Part shown: in pieces, positions 15,601-27,147 of the stretch
Numbering within the stretch: position 1 is the stretch's first letter
Layout of the letters: the number at the start of each line of letters is the position of its first letter
Origin: Macrostomum lignano
Lineage: Eukaryota
Reading direction: 5' to 3'
Length of the DNA: 51,810 nt
Assembly: GCA_002269645.1 (NCBI GenBank)
Contig: NIVC01003011.1
Span: forward strand, 1-51,810
The notes under the pieces: generated by a model
Databases searched by the model: none
What the model saw: the letters and a program-made list of their open reading frames with translations, nothing else
Told to the model about the DNA's origin: nothing
Made by a program: the position numbers and the translations under genes

Positions 15601-18588
15601 GAGAGAGGAGAGGAGAGGAGAGGAGAGGAGAGAGGAGAGGAGAAGAGAGGAGAGAGGAGAGGAGAGGAGAGGAGAGAGGAGAGGAGAGGAGAGGAGAGGA
15701 GAGAGGAGAAGGAGAGAGGAGGGAAAGGAGGAGAAGGGAGAGGAAAGGGGAGAGGAGAGGAGAGGAGAGGAGAGAGGAGAGGAGAGGAGAGGAGAGGAGA
15801 GGAGAGAGGAGAGGAGAGGAGAGGAGAGAGGAGAGGAGAGGAGAAGAGAGGAGAGAGGAGAGGAGAGGAGAGGAGAGAGGAGAGGAGAGGAGAGGAGAGG
15901 AGAGAGGAGAAGGAGAGAGGAGGGAAAGGAGGAGAAGGGAGAGGAAAGGGGAGAGGAGAGGAGAGGAGAGGAGAGAGGAGAGGAGAGGAGAGGAGAGGAG
16001 AGGAGAGGAAAGGAGCGGAGAGGAGAGGAGAGGAGAGGAGAGGGGGAGATGAAATAGAAGAGGAGAAAGGAGAGAGGAGAGGAGAGAGGAGAAGGAGAGA
16101 GGAGGGAAGGGAGGAGAAGGGAGAGGAAAGGGGAGAGGAGAGGAGAGGAGAGGAGAGGAGAGGAGAGGAGAGGAGAGGAGAGGAGAGGAGAGGAGAGGAG
16201 AGGAGAGGAGAGGAGAGGAGAGGAGAGGAAAGGAGCGGAGAGGAGAGGAGAGGAGAGGAGAGGAGAGGAGAGGAGAGGGGGAGATGAAATAGAAGAGGAG
16301 AAAGGAGAGAGGAGAGGAGAGAGGAGAAGGAGAGAGGAGGGAAGGGAGGAGAAGGGAGAGGAAAGGGGAGAGGAGAGGAGAGGAGAGGAGAGGAGAGGAG
16401 AGGAGAGGAGAGGAGAGGAGAGGAAAGGAGAGGAAAGGAGAGGAGAGGAGAGGAGAGGAGAGGAGAGGAGAGGTGAGGAGAGAGGAGAGGAGAGGAGAGG
16501 AGAGGAGAGGTGAGGAGATTAGATGAGAAGAGAGAGGTGAGAGAAGAGAACTGATAAGGGACATAAACCTTGAGCGGACGGATTGCTATTGTGAAGCTTC
16601 AATTAGGACCCGCGGGCAGCAGTTTGCTGACTGCTGGCCTAGCATGACGGCAATTTACTCTCGTAAAAAAGTCACGAGGTTCGATCGCTCTCGCGGGCAC
16701 ACGTTGTTCTGCAGTTTATGTTTCGGAAAGCCTCAGACAAGTCGCGCGTGCGATTCACGAAGGCTAACACGAAGGTTACAAAGGCTAACACCTAAAGACT
16801 TCAAGGTGTACACTGCCTGAAAATGAGGGAGAAAGCCCGGGCCCCCTGTACACCCTGTGGTAGCGTGCTCAGCAGTCAGCGGAATTGGTACAACTGCTTG
16901 TTACTTTGTTGGTTTGCCCTTGGTCTGCTCAAATCTGACACTTTGAGTTGCTAGTTGACTCACCGCTGATTAACCTCAACAATCCATCGCGTGTTGACAT
17001 CCGTTGGAAGTTCGGGTTGCACAGACAACACCTTGGCGCCGAAGATGATGCGGCTGGTCAGCTGGAACTGCTCAGCGTACAGGCGCAGGTACAGCAGCAC
17101 CCAGCGGTTGTGCATGAAGGTTGGCGCACCCGCTGGTACAGGGAAATCGCTGAAACACGACATCTGCTTGCTGCTGATCATGGTGCAGCTAGAGTAGACG
17201 GATGCGTTTGATGTCGGATTTTTCGTGTTCCAGATTCCGCCTGATATTAATATTGATGTATGATTTGATGAAGCGCATGAAACAATTACCATAAAAGCTA
17301 TTTACATTAAAAGTAAACATAAGATATCATGCCTGACTTAAAACACCACCTACACTTTTCAAACAAGGAATGCTTAAGGAGGCTGCATTGTATTAAGCAT
17401 GCTCTAAAGAGCACAGACTCTACATTCTCTAGATTTGTCTCTCCAGAATTCGCTAATGTGTTGAGCGGCCTTCTCCGAGGCCACGAATTCCCCGGGACAG
17501 GGGCGTCGCCATGGATTTTATCGTGGGTGGGACAAAGCCAAGAATTCCACATATACATGTACAGGACTAAATTCCTACATGTACATTATTGTAAGAATCA
17601 GTGTTGTCAGCGCTCATTTTGGCGCCGCAGGCACTCATTTTGTCGCCGCAGGCACTCATTTTAGCGCCGCAGGCACTCATTTTGTCACCGCAGGCACTCA
17701 TTTTGTCGCCGCAGGCACTCATTTTAGCGCCGCAGGCACTCATTTTGTCACCGCAGGCACTCATTTTGTCGCCGCAGGCACTCATTTTAGCGCCGCAGGC
17801 ACTCATTTTAGCGCCGCAGGCACTCATTTTAGCGCCGCAGGCACTCATTTTAGCGCCGCAGGCACTCATTTTGTCGCCGCAGGCACTCATTTTAGCGCCA
17901 CAGGCACTCATTTTGTCGCCGCAGGCACTCATTTTAGCGCCGCAGGCACTCATTTTGTCGCCGCAGGCACTCATTTTGTCGCCGCAGGCACTCATTTTAG
18001 CGCCACAGGCACTCATTTTGTCGCCGCAGGCACTCATTTTAGCGCCGCAGGCACTCATTTTGTCGCCGCAGGCACTCATTTTAGCGCCACAGGCACTCAT
18101 TTTAGCGCCGCAGGCACTCATTTTGTCGCCGCAGGCACTCATTTTAGCGCCGCAGGCACTCATTTTAGCGCCGCAGGCACTCATTTTAGCGCCGCAGGCA
18201 CTATATTTTGTCGCCCTGAAGCAAAATTATTGATTTCCATAACGGGTCACAAGGCGGGGTGGGGGGGGGTACAAAGGACAAAGGAGGGGACAAAGGGGAC
18301 AAAGGATTGGCATGTCCCACCCTGTCCCCCCGGTGGCGACGCCCCTGCCTCGGGGTTAGGGCCACAGACACTTAAGAGCAGCAGAAGCTACAGTCTATGG
18401 TCTCAACCCCGGTGTTTTGGGCTTTAGCCATGCAGCTGAAGTGAACCAGTGAACGCATGATGCAAACTGATCTTACCAATATCGTCGCTAAGCTCAAAGC
18501 AGACACAATCGAGGCCCTCTTCTAAGCAGCTTTTGATGCTCGCCAAGCCGCTGGGACCTGCTCCGATTATGCAGACACATTTGCTCAT
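12658..18588 (-). CDS. FMO: Flavin-containing monooxygenase, ~547 aa, 6 exons
   Basis: Exons 18588-18477, 17240-16964, 15275-14829, 13938-13650, 13541-13356 and 12990-12658, all GT-AG and phase-consistent (1,2,2,0,0), 1644 nt in total. FAD motif IGAGPSG, FMO motif [16 protein letters not shown] motif VVGLGNSG, then FATGY, EAQARW and a hydrophobic C-terminal anchor. Confidence 0.95.
14020..14690. repeat. 18-bp minisatellite (CTCTTGTGACTCTCCTGC), ~36 copies; FMO intron 3
   Basis: Direct inspection; variant units cluster toward the 3' end. Confidence 0.96.
15320..16636 (+). mobile_element. hAT-type MITE family B inflated by a ~1.15-kb (GAGAG)n-like tract; FMO intron 2
   Basis: Left TIR CAGGGGTCGGTCAACT, degenerate right TIR AGTTTGCTGACTGCTG, TSD GCCTAGGA / GCCTAGCA (7/8), same internal landmarks as 10443-10856. 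Confidence 0.85.
17498..18347 (+). mobile_element. hAT-type MITE family A containing ~28 copies of a 21-bp unit; FMO intron 1
   Basis: Perfect 14-bp TIRs CAGGGGCGTCGCCA (17498-17511) / TGGCGACGCCCCTG (18334-18347). Flanks CCCCGGGA / CCTCGGGG (6/8). Unit GCAGGCACTCATTTTAGCGCC. Confidence 0.9.
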
Positions 18589-19124
18589 GTTTGTAAAAAG
18601 ATATTTAAAGAACAGCTGGCTCTTTCGTCTCGTATAGCTAGCTCTATTTTTCCGCTTTAACCTTCACATATATACGTAATGGTATAAATAAATGTGAAGT
18701 CTTTCGCTTACAGAATTTCATTGTTGTTAGCTCGTATCTTACGTAATATCAGTAGATTACATAAGCTAAATGCAATATAGTTTACACCCAGCTGTGTTCT
18801 ACAGTGCACCCCGACTGGGCTCGTGCTATACTCCATTATTATCAAGTCGCATGGCGCCTTGAGTGACACTTCTTTGCTTAAGAACGTTTAGTTAAAATCA
18901 CAGAAATGAATATAATTACATTTGTATACGAGCGTACACAGGTGGACTTAGTGCGCGTTAATATACACACCGGCCAGAAAAGCTTATAGGTGTCCCTGAC
19001 AAATCAAAGCATGATTTCTTTCTTTCTTTTCAGGATCTTTCTCGACCAAAGGGTCTGTCAACTTAAGCTCATAAAGTGGAGCCCGAGTAACCTATGTACA
19101 CAAATGATACATCATTCTGCTCAC

Positions 19125-19365
19125 AACAAACAACAATAACAACAAAATACGCGACCCCGCAAGCAAAGTCAGTTATAAAGCAGGGCGCGTCAGATGGCGC
19201 GCCGCAGAGCCTGGAAGCGAACGAAGTCCGCTCCGTTGGCAGTGTCGGGCGCCCCAGCGTCGCACAGCAGGCAGTCCACGTATCGACAGGATCGGGCCTG
19301 ACCCCGCCTGAACGGGCCCTGCAAGGTGAACAGCAGGACGTCCTGGACGGGATAAGTAGAGACTC
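19125..19365 (-). mobile_element. 3' fragment of a second, diverged RTE element
   Basis: PVQDVLLFTLQGPFRRGQARSCRYVDCLL aligns with PLQEVLLLTLQAPYRRGQARTRRFVDCLL at ~3860-3950. Has a (GTT)-like tail. Confidence 0.85.
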
Positions 19366-20023
19366 CTTTAATTAATCTCTTGCTTGTTTTCCTATCCCAA
19401 GTCCAATTTTTGTCGCTTTGTTGCCAAATCCAACTTCCTGGTGTCACTGTGAACAGAATGACGTATCAATTGTGTACATATATTACTCGGGCTCCACTTT
19501 ATGAACTTAAGTTGACAGGCCATTTGTCTATGGAAAAACAATGCAGCGTTAATTTGCGCTCTCTAGAGATGCTCTATAGGGATAAAACGGCCTCTCCAGC
19601 TCATTCCTCAAGAATATCGAGTGATGTCGATCCAGTTGTCCATGAATCGATATATATCTATAGCTTGGCAACCGTGGCGCCGACTGCTGCCAGTAGTATC
19701 GAATGCATATCGACTACGGAATGCCTCTTGGCTCTACGTCTGACATTCTGACTTGTGACTTGAGTTGCTGTAGTGTTGGAACCAAAGCAGCTGGTTCGAT
19801 TCCTTTAGAAAGTCAGGACCGCTGTACAATCTGTGTGAGCGTGTGTGAGGGCGTTTCCGTTGTACAGTATCGGCATTACAGTGTCCACAGCTCACCTGTG
19901 AATATGTAGCTTATCGATATATGGTCAAAATTTTCCCAATAGAAAAAAATCTTAGTGGCAGTCATGGTGAATAGAAAAAGAAGAAAGAAACGGAAGGAAT
20001 TGTACTCTTGTTCTCTTTTAAAA

Positions 20024-20900
20024 CGCCATGTCACCATGGATTTTATGACGGGGGGACAAAGCCCTCAATTCAACATGTACATGACTAAATTCCTACCTGT
20101 CCATTATTTTGAGAATCTGTGTTGTCAGCGCTCATTTTAGCGCAGCAGGCACTCATTTTAGCGCCGCAGGCACTCGTTTTGGCGCCGCAGACACTCATTC
20201 TGGCGCCGTAGGCACTCACTTTGGCGCCGCACGCACTCATTTTAGCGCCACAGGCACTCATTTTAGCGCCACAGGCACCCACTTTTAGCGCCACAGGCAC
20301 TCATTTTAGCGCCACAGGCACTCATTTTAGCGCCGCAGGCACTCATTTTAGCGCTACAGGCACTCATTTTGGCACCGCAGGCACTCATTTTAGCGCCGCA
20401 GGCACTCATTTTAGCGCCACAGGTACTCATTTTAGCGCCGCAATCACTCATTTTAGCGCCGCAGGCACTCATTTTAGCGCCACAGGCACTCATTTTAGCG
20501 CCACAGGCACTCATTTTGGCGCCGCAGGCACTCATTTTAGCGCCACAGGCACTCATTCTAGCGCCGCAGGCACTCATTTTAGCGCCGCAGGCACTCATTT
20601 TAGCGCCGCAGGCACTCATTTTAGCGCCACAGGCACTCATTTTAGCGCCACAGGCACTCATTCTAGCGCCGCAGGCACTCATTTTAGCGCCACAGGCACT
20701 CATTTTAGCGCCGCAGGCACTCATTTTAGCGCCACAGGCACTCATTCTAGCGCCGCAGGCACTCATTTTAGCGCCGCAGGCACTCATTTTAGCGCCGCAG
20801 GCACTCATTTTAGCGCCGCAGGCACTCATTTTGGCGCCCTCAAGAAAAAAATTTTTGATTTCCACAACGCGTCGCAAGGTGGGGTGGTGGGACAAAGCAT
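20024..20900 (+). mobile_element. MITE family A copy with degraded termini and ~33 copies of the 21-bp unit
   Basis: CATGGATTTTAT..GGGACAAAGCC left arm and TTGATTTCC..AAC right arm match 17498-18347. Confidence 0.85.
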
Positions 20901-21626
20901 TGTCGTGTCCTGTCCATAGTTTTCACGAGCTACTGGAGGTTCCGCTCGCAACTATCTGACAGGGAAACGAGGGTTCTACTTAGCTTCAAAACTTCAACTT
21001 AATCTCGCATTGAAACGTACAACTTAAATCCTTGTTAATCAAAGGATCGTGCATTTCTCCAAACAAAGTTGCTTATTAGAATTGAAGCCTCCTGAATGTG
21101 AAAGCAGACGGGCCAGAGGCCACACTTAATCAGGTGACATGTTAGCTGCTAACGAAGCAGTTCACAAAGGGGAGGCTTTGAAACACGATCGACATTGGTT
21201 AACTAGCTAAGCAGACAAATTGCGCTGCCACCTCCCTTTGCTTGTTCCAATTCAGCGAGGCGCTACCTGTAACTGAAGTTGAAACTCAAGCTGCAGCAAA
21301 TTGCAGAAATGACTCAAGAGATGAAGCTTCTCCTCAATCACAACCAGTATAGCTACGGTGGTAGGGTTATCAATTCGAATTTTCTTTTTTCATCTTTTTT
21401 ACTTCTTGCATTCAAAACCTCTTAAGAATCCAAAATTAAAAGTCACACTTTTGTTATTCTGCAATCTGCATGTATATTAAAATTTGTATTTCTGTGTTTA
21501 AATTTCACTCTGGTTAATTTAGTCTACTTTCTATACATCGAATTTATTCACTCTAGTGCAATACTCTCGAGGTCACTCTAGTCTTGTACCTTAGGTCACT
21601 CTACTATAGTCACTCCACCTGGCTTA

Positions 21627-21880
21627 CTAGGGGAATTGCTGAGATGCCAAGGCTGAGAGGTCATAAGCTAAATGTAGCTTATTCACAAATGTTTATTACA
21701 TTCTTTGAACAATTTTACTCTGTGGACTCTATGGAACAATATGGTGATTTATTAAACTGAAAAAGGAATGCCTTCAAGAATATGTGCATACTTTCATTTT
21801 GAAGGATTCTCATAAAATAATTTTCATCTCTTATCTTTTTTGCTTATTGGGCGCGCGCCCTGAAGGGGGCACTAGATTGC
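21627..21880 (+). repeat. Dispersed element family D with a single 30-bp seed
   Basis: GGGGAATTGCTGAGATGCCAAGGCTGAGAGGT and downstream sequence match the 3' end of the 25630-26820 array and its flank to ~26910. Flanked by direct repeats TAGTCACTCCACCTGGCT. Confidence 0.65.
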
Positions 21881-22019
21881 TATAGTCACTCTAAATAGTC
21901 ACTCTAAATAGTCACTCCACCTGGCTGTTAACCGTAAATTCCACACTCAAAAAAATCAGAGTAGAATTCTTAGAAATGCGCTCGAGGCCGCTAGTAGTGT
22001 AGTATAGCTTTTTGCAGCC

Positions 22020-22620
22020 CACTTGGGCTTACGCGCATTGAATTTAATCCAAGATAGCTTTGCCAATGTAACGGAGCTTTTGTCTATGGTAGCAAGGCTG
22101 GCACAGCGGCATTTAATTTGGTCCAACAAGCATCAATTTGGTCCAACAAGCATCAATTTGGTCCAACAAGCATCAATTTGGTCCAACAAGCATCAATTTG
22201 GTCCAACAAGCATCAATTTGGTCCAACAAGCATCAATTTGGTCCAAAAAGCATCAATTTGGTCCAACAAGCATCAATTTGGTCCAAAAAGCATCAATTTG
22301 GTCCAAAAGCTCGTGAGCCATTCGGCAAATTCTTGCCTTCTCGCAACTGTCTGCAGGTTGTTGCGTACTGCTGGAATGTCAGCGTGTCTACCAACAGTTT
22401 TCAGTCGCTTTTCCAGAGCTCTGCTCAAAGTCGAAATCTGATAACCAACTGGAACTGTTCCTTCAACTTCTGCTGCATTTTCTGCACCGTCAACAAAGGG
22501 TTCGTCTCAACTGCATCGAGTAGCAGTGGGACCTGAGGCTCTCGAGCAACTTGCCTTGGCGATTGCCAGCCTTTCGCATACAATCTCTGCTGGCAGTGGC
22601 TTCAACGCGCTGATGGATGC
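22020..22620 (-). pseudogene. Degraded Tc1/IS630-like transposase fragment
   Basis: Frameshifted text NPLLTVQKMQQKLKEQFQLV / ISTLSRAL..., AVRNNLQTVARRQEFAEWL, then TIDKSSVTL, resembling a winged helix followed by the first-Asp region (xIDESGF). Confidence 0.5.
22115..22310. repeat. 20-bp minisatellite (GGTCCAACAAGCATCAATTT), ~9 copies, inside the transposase remnant
   Basis: Direct inspection. Confidence 0.95.
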
Positions 22621-23098
22621 TGCAAATCATCTTTTCTACTATATTCAGCAACCGTTTGTTCACCCCGAGCTCGATTTCATTCATTTGGTCGAATGGGAAC
22701 TTGGGAACTCGTGTACGAAAACTGGACTGGGATTTTTTGCGATTTGCGTTCTACACACTGCCTGACAGAGATGTCGAGAGAGTCAGGGCCGCTGTTACAC
22801 CCTGCTCAGACCGTTCAGGTGTCAGTGGAAATAAATCCTAACAAATCCAATGGTCAATAAATCATAAATCAATGTTAGATACAATCAGGTATATGATTAC
22901 TTAGTCTCAACTTATTCCGACTAATTCGATCATTAAATTGCAATATGTTTGTTTAGCCGTGAGACTGGGTGCAGACAGCTGATTGGCTGCAGTCCCAACT
23001 GGATTTGATGCTCATTTAAAAATAACTCAAATCCAATAAAATTCCCCAGGTGAAATATTTGCTTGTCTTCAACGAAACGAACTATCAGCGAAATTAAA

Positions 23099-23425
23099 AT
23101 GAGCAGCAGAATCACGGCGATAATCCTGCTTGCCGCCATCCTGACAGTAATTGGCCCAACGGACACCGTCGCCCGCTTCCCCCTAGGGAACTCCATAAAT
23201 ATCGGCAATTCTAATCAGTCTCAATCTGAACGCGTGTTAACTGTTATCGCATCAGTTTTTGGAGGATTGCTGCTCTGCATAATGGCTATCACTTTGCCGA
23301 TCTGCGTAGCAAGGATGTCGCACCGCTGCTGCTGTTGCTGCTGCTGCTTCAGCAGGCAAAGCGCACCTGCGTCTCAGCAGATCAGGCACAACCCTATGGT
23401 TCCAATGGCTGAGCTGGGCGTGTAG
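23099..23425 (+). CDS. Small single-pass Cys-rich membrane protein, paralog 1 (108 aa)
   Basis: ATG at 23099, hydrophobic leader, TM segment, CCCCCCC, C-terminus PMVPMAELGV. The paralog at 27148 shares start context and C-terminus. Confidence 0.75.
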   Translation: MSSRITAIILLAAILTVIGPTDTVARFPLGNSINIGNSNQSQSERVLTVIASVFGGLLLCIMAITLPICVARMSHRCCCCCCCFSRQSAPASQQIRHNPMVPMAELGV

Positions 23426-24899
23426 CTAAAAACAAACAGACTGCAGTCTCTGCGCGAGCGGCAGCGCCAACTAAACTTTTTATGTTTCTTTTAACAAATT
23501 GAGACTCGAGTTAAATTTAAAATACAATGAGCAAAATTGTTTGGAGTGGGCTTAAACTAGTGAACTCTGTCTTAACAATGCAATGACTTTCTGAGCTATT
23601 TAAGCGTATTAATGTGTCCATAATTTCTTTCATTGTGATCAGTACTAAAAGCGTTTATTTGATTGACTAGCACTAACATCTCATCGCGATTGATTTGAAG
23701 GATTGCCTGGATCAATGTTCGGTACTAAATAATGTGCCTTGATTGAGTCACCCTGTGGTTAATATAATGCCTTCCGAGTCACTATGGTAATTCGCACAGT
23801 ATTTAATATGAAAAAGATTCGATAATATTATAATTGGAATTAATCGAAAATTGTCAAATAATCAATTTGACAATAGTAAACTCCACTTACGCCAAAAAAG
23901 CTCGTATAATTGTCCGCTGATTTTTCGGTAAGGGGCTTGTCTATGGCCACACTCAAGTATCACTGGACCATTATCTGGAAAATGGGCTTGCTGTCAGGAC
24001 CATTATATAGATAATGGGCTTGTGGGCATATATAATGCAATAGTCCATAAGAAACGTACAGCAAAAGTGTCTTCAGGAAGGCAAACATATTTAATAGCTC
24101 ATATAAAAAAGCAAATAATCAAGATAATAGCAAATAACAGCTTGATTAATTAGCTTCAACCAAGTTTCATCGAACTTTTTACTACAATCACTTGAAAAAC
24201 ACCATAACCCTCTCACCGACAATCTTCACCTTGTCGACAGAACGTTTTTTCTCAGCAGGTGGTACGGTATCCTGGACCTGTCGATCCAAGAGGTTCAACG
24301 CGAACGTCAATCTGTTGAGAGCTGGAGGCAACCAGAGACAAAACAGTTCAAGGGATAGTGCCATCACTGAGGAGTCTCAGCCATAAGTCGAGCCTGGGAA
24401 CGAGATGCCTTTATATGTCGTCCAGATGTCGTTGTAAATCTTCAGCTGTCAGTATTATTATCAAGCAGTCTCGTAGGTGTGTCATCGTTATTGACTCTTG
24501 TCGCATCTTGAGGCTGGCTCCATATCCATAAATAATTGGTCGCACGAAAAATCGATTTCGTCAAGATCGACGTAGATTATATATGATTCAGTGGTAGATT
24601 ATGTAGTATGTTATGGCCATTATTTAACTCCGTAACATACTATATTATTGCATTGTATATATAGCATACTACGAGCTAGTAGCCAATTATAATCAGTTTA
24701 TCTTAGTTAAGCAATGACAATTTTTGTCATTGCTTAACTCTGCCTACAAGATCGGTCATTACTTAATGCTACTAAAATTAGGCACCAAGTCGATCATAGA
24801 CAAACTTGAAGGCCTTGGTGCAGTGCGCCATAGACAAAAATTTAGGCCTTGACGCGACTGAAAAGTGCCATTCCAGTATCTGTTACAAAAAGCGATAGA

Positions 24900-25360
24900 C
24901 TGGAAAGAAAATTTACAGCAACAAAATACCAATTTCACTTAGTCAACAACTTAGCAGTTTCTACCGATCGAGGAAGCAGATCTGGAAAAAGTCAAGGCGT
25001 ACTTTGATAGAACCACAGCCGAAACGCTTACAGGACGAGGTGGTATTCGCCATTCTCTATATTCTACGTGAGAGAGGACAAGAACACCTTAAACATTTGA
25101 AACAGCAGGGAGCATTGGTTGCTGGTACCGACTCCGACAGACAAGAGTACTGTGAACTACCACCACTACCAACAAAGAACCAATCGAGTGACCCAGACAA
25201 GTGCAAAGACGACAGAACGAAGCAGGCGCGCATCTACGGAGAGCATCGTCAACTGACTGCTCTGTATGAGAGGTCTTTACCTACATGGGTGAAAAACGGC
25301 TGCTTTTTTCCGAAGCCTCTTTTGAACGATTCAGAAGACAGGTTCCGTTTTTGTACGATT
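24900..25360 (+). pseudogene. Crypton-type tyrosine-recombinase (DUF3504-like) fragment
   Basis: PIEEADLEKVKAYFD, a frameshift near 25030, then LQDEVVFAIL..RERGQEHLKHL, D.QEY, TKN, RIY, LYERSLP and FFPKP match the Crypton/ZMYM recombinase pattern. The catalytic C-terminal part is not seen. Confidence 0.7.
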
Positions 25361-25629
25361 CAGGCACGCGGAGTTTTTTGTTTATTGTTTGTGTATGGTT
25401 TCAACTTCACTTGTTATGTAATAAATAATTTGAAAATAAATTGTCTATGGTCGAAATGTATTTTCAGCGTTAAGCAATAACAAAATGGTGCGTGTCATTA
25501 TAATACTCTTGCGTATATGTACAATGGTCATCGGCTTGCTTAACTCGCCTCGAGACCATTAAATGCGACCTCAGACTTTCTGACCACAGAATGCGCATTA
25601 TAAAGCTATTATCTTATACATAATCTACT

Positions 25630-26820
25630 GCTAAGATGTCAATTCTGCTGGGGGAAATTGCTGAGATGTCAAAGTTTATGGGGGTAAATAGCTGAGATGT
25701 CAAGGCTTACGGGAGGTGCTGGAATTTCAATTCTGACGAGGGAAATTGCTGAGATGTCAAGGCTTACAGGGGGAATTGCTCAGATGTCAAGGCTTACAGG
25801 GAAAATTGCTGAGATGTCAAGGCTTACAGGGGGAATTGCTGAGATGTCAAGGCTTACAGATGGAATTGCTGAGATGTCAAGGCTTACAGATGGAATTGCT
25901 GAGATGTCAAGGCTTACAGGGGGAATTGCTCAGATGTCAAGGCTTACAGGGAAAATTGCTGAGATGTCAAGGCTTACAGGGGGAATTGCTGAGATGTCAA
26001 CAAGGCTTACAGGGAGAGTTGCTGAGATGTCAAGGCTTACAGGGAGAGTTGCTGAGATGTCAAGGCTTACAGGGGGGGAATTGCTGAGATGTCAAGGCTT
26101 ACAGGGAGAGTTGCTGAGATGTCAAAGCTTACAGGGGGGGAATTGCTGAGATGTCAAGGCTTACAGGGAGAGTTGCTGAGATGTCAAAGCTTACAGGGGG
26201 GGGAATCGCTGAGATGTCAAGGCTTACAGGGAGAGTTGCTGAGATGTCAAAGCTTACAGGGGGGGGGAATTGCTGAGATGTCAAGGCTTACAGGGAGAGT
26301 TGCTGAGATGTCAAGGCTTACAGGGGGAATTGCTGAGATGTCAAGGCTTACAGATGGAATTGCTGAGATGTCAAGGCTTACAGATGGAATTGCTGAGATG
26401 TCAAGGCTTACAGGGGGAATTGCTCAGATGTCAAGGCTTACAGGGAAAATTGCTGAGATGTCAAGGCTTACAGGGGGAATTGCTGAGATGTCAACAAGGC
26501 TTACAGGGAGAGTTGCTGAGATGTCAAGGCTTACAGGGAGAGTTGCTGAGATGTCAAGGCTTACAGGGGGGGAATTGCTGAGATGTCAAGGCTTACAGGG
26601 AGAGTTGCTGAGATGTCAAAGCTTACAGGGGGGGGAATTGCTGAGATGTCAAGGCTTACAGGGAGAGTTGCTGAGATGTCAAAGCTTACAGGGGGGGGGG
26701 AATCGCTGAGATGTCAAGGCTTACAGGGAGAGTTGCTGAGATGTCAAAGCTTACAGGGGGGGGGAATTGCTGAGATGTCAAGGCTTACAGGGAGAGTTGC
26801 TGAGATGTCAAGGCTGTGAG
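25630..26820 (+). repeat. 30-bp minisatellite (GGAATTGCTGAGATGTCAAGGCTTACAGGG), ~38 copies, family D
   Basis: Period ~30 with a variable G-run. Higher-order duplication is visible (AACAAGG variant at ~25998 and ~26493). Confidence 0.96.
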
Positions 26821-27147
26821 GTAAGCATGCAGCTGCAGAAATAGTTTACTCAAAAAAATTTATTACTTTTTTGTTGGCTCCCTATTGGGAGGGGGCGCTG
26901 GTTACTAGTATGAGTTTATAGATATTGACGTAGGTATAGATATAGATATAGATCCTAACGATAGATATTGCTAATCAAACGGCAATAAAGCATCTCCATT
27001 CGGCTGGCAATGAGTACAGGTGCTCATGGTGCCTCCTGCTGATTGGCTGTGCGATCTACCATCAATTATGCTATAGAGCTGCGAAATTTCTCGAGGCCAA
27101 ATCTTCCAATTGTCACCAATAGAGCACAAATTACCAGCGAAATTGAA

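Noticed and set aside
17567-18205. CRISPR-like appearance of the regular arrays
   Set aside because: No unique spacers, no cas genes, eukaryotic context.
13911-20959. LLPLVT, SSPLL, MSACGAK and AAGTHFS repeat ORFs
   Set aside because: Stop-free frames of intronic or MITE-internal arrays.
24190-24560. Weak protein-like text on the minus strand
   Set aside because: Multiple stops and frameshifts, no recognisable motif.
25730-25750. CTGACGAggGAAA, resembling a minimal hammerhead core; similar text at 47639-47654
   Set aside because: No stem III or NUH cleavage triplet could be formed; the first is a variant of the array edge.
25697-26819. EMSRLTGG repeat proteins
   Set aside because: 30-bp array of family D; no unique coding context.
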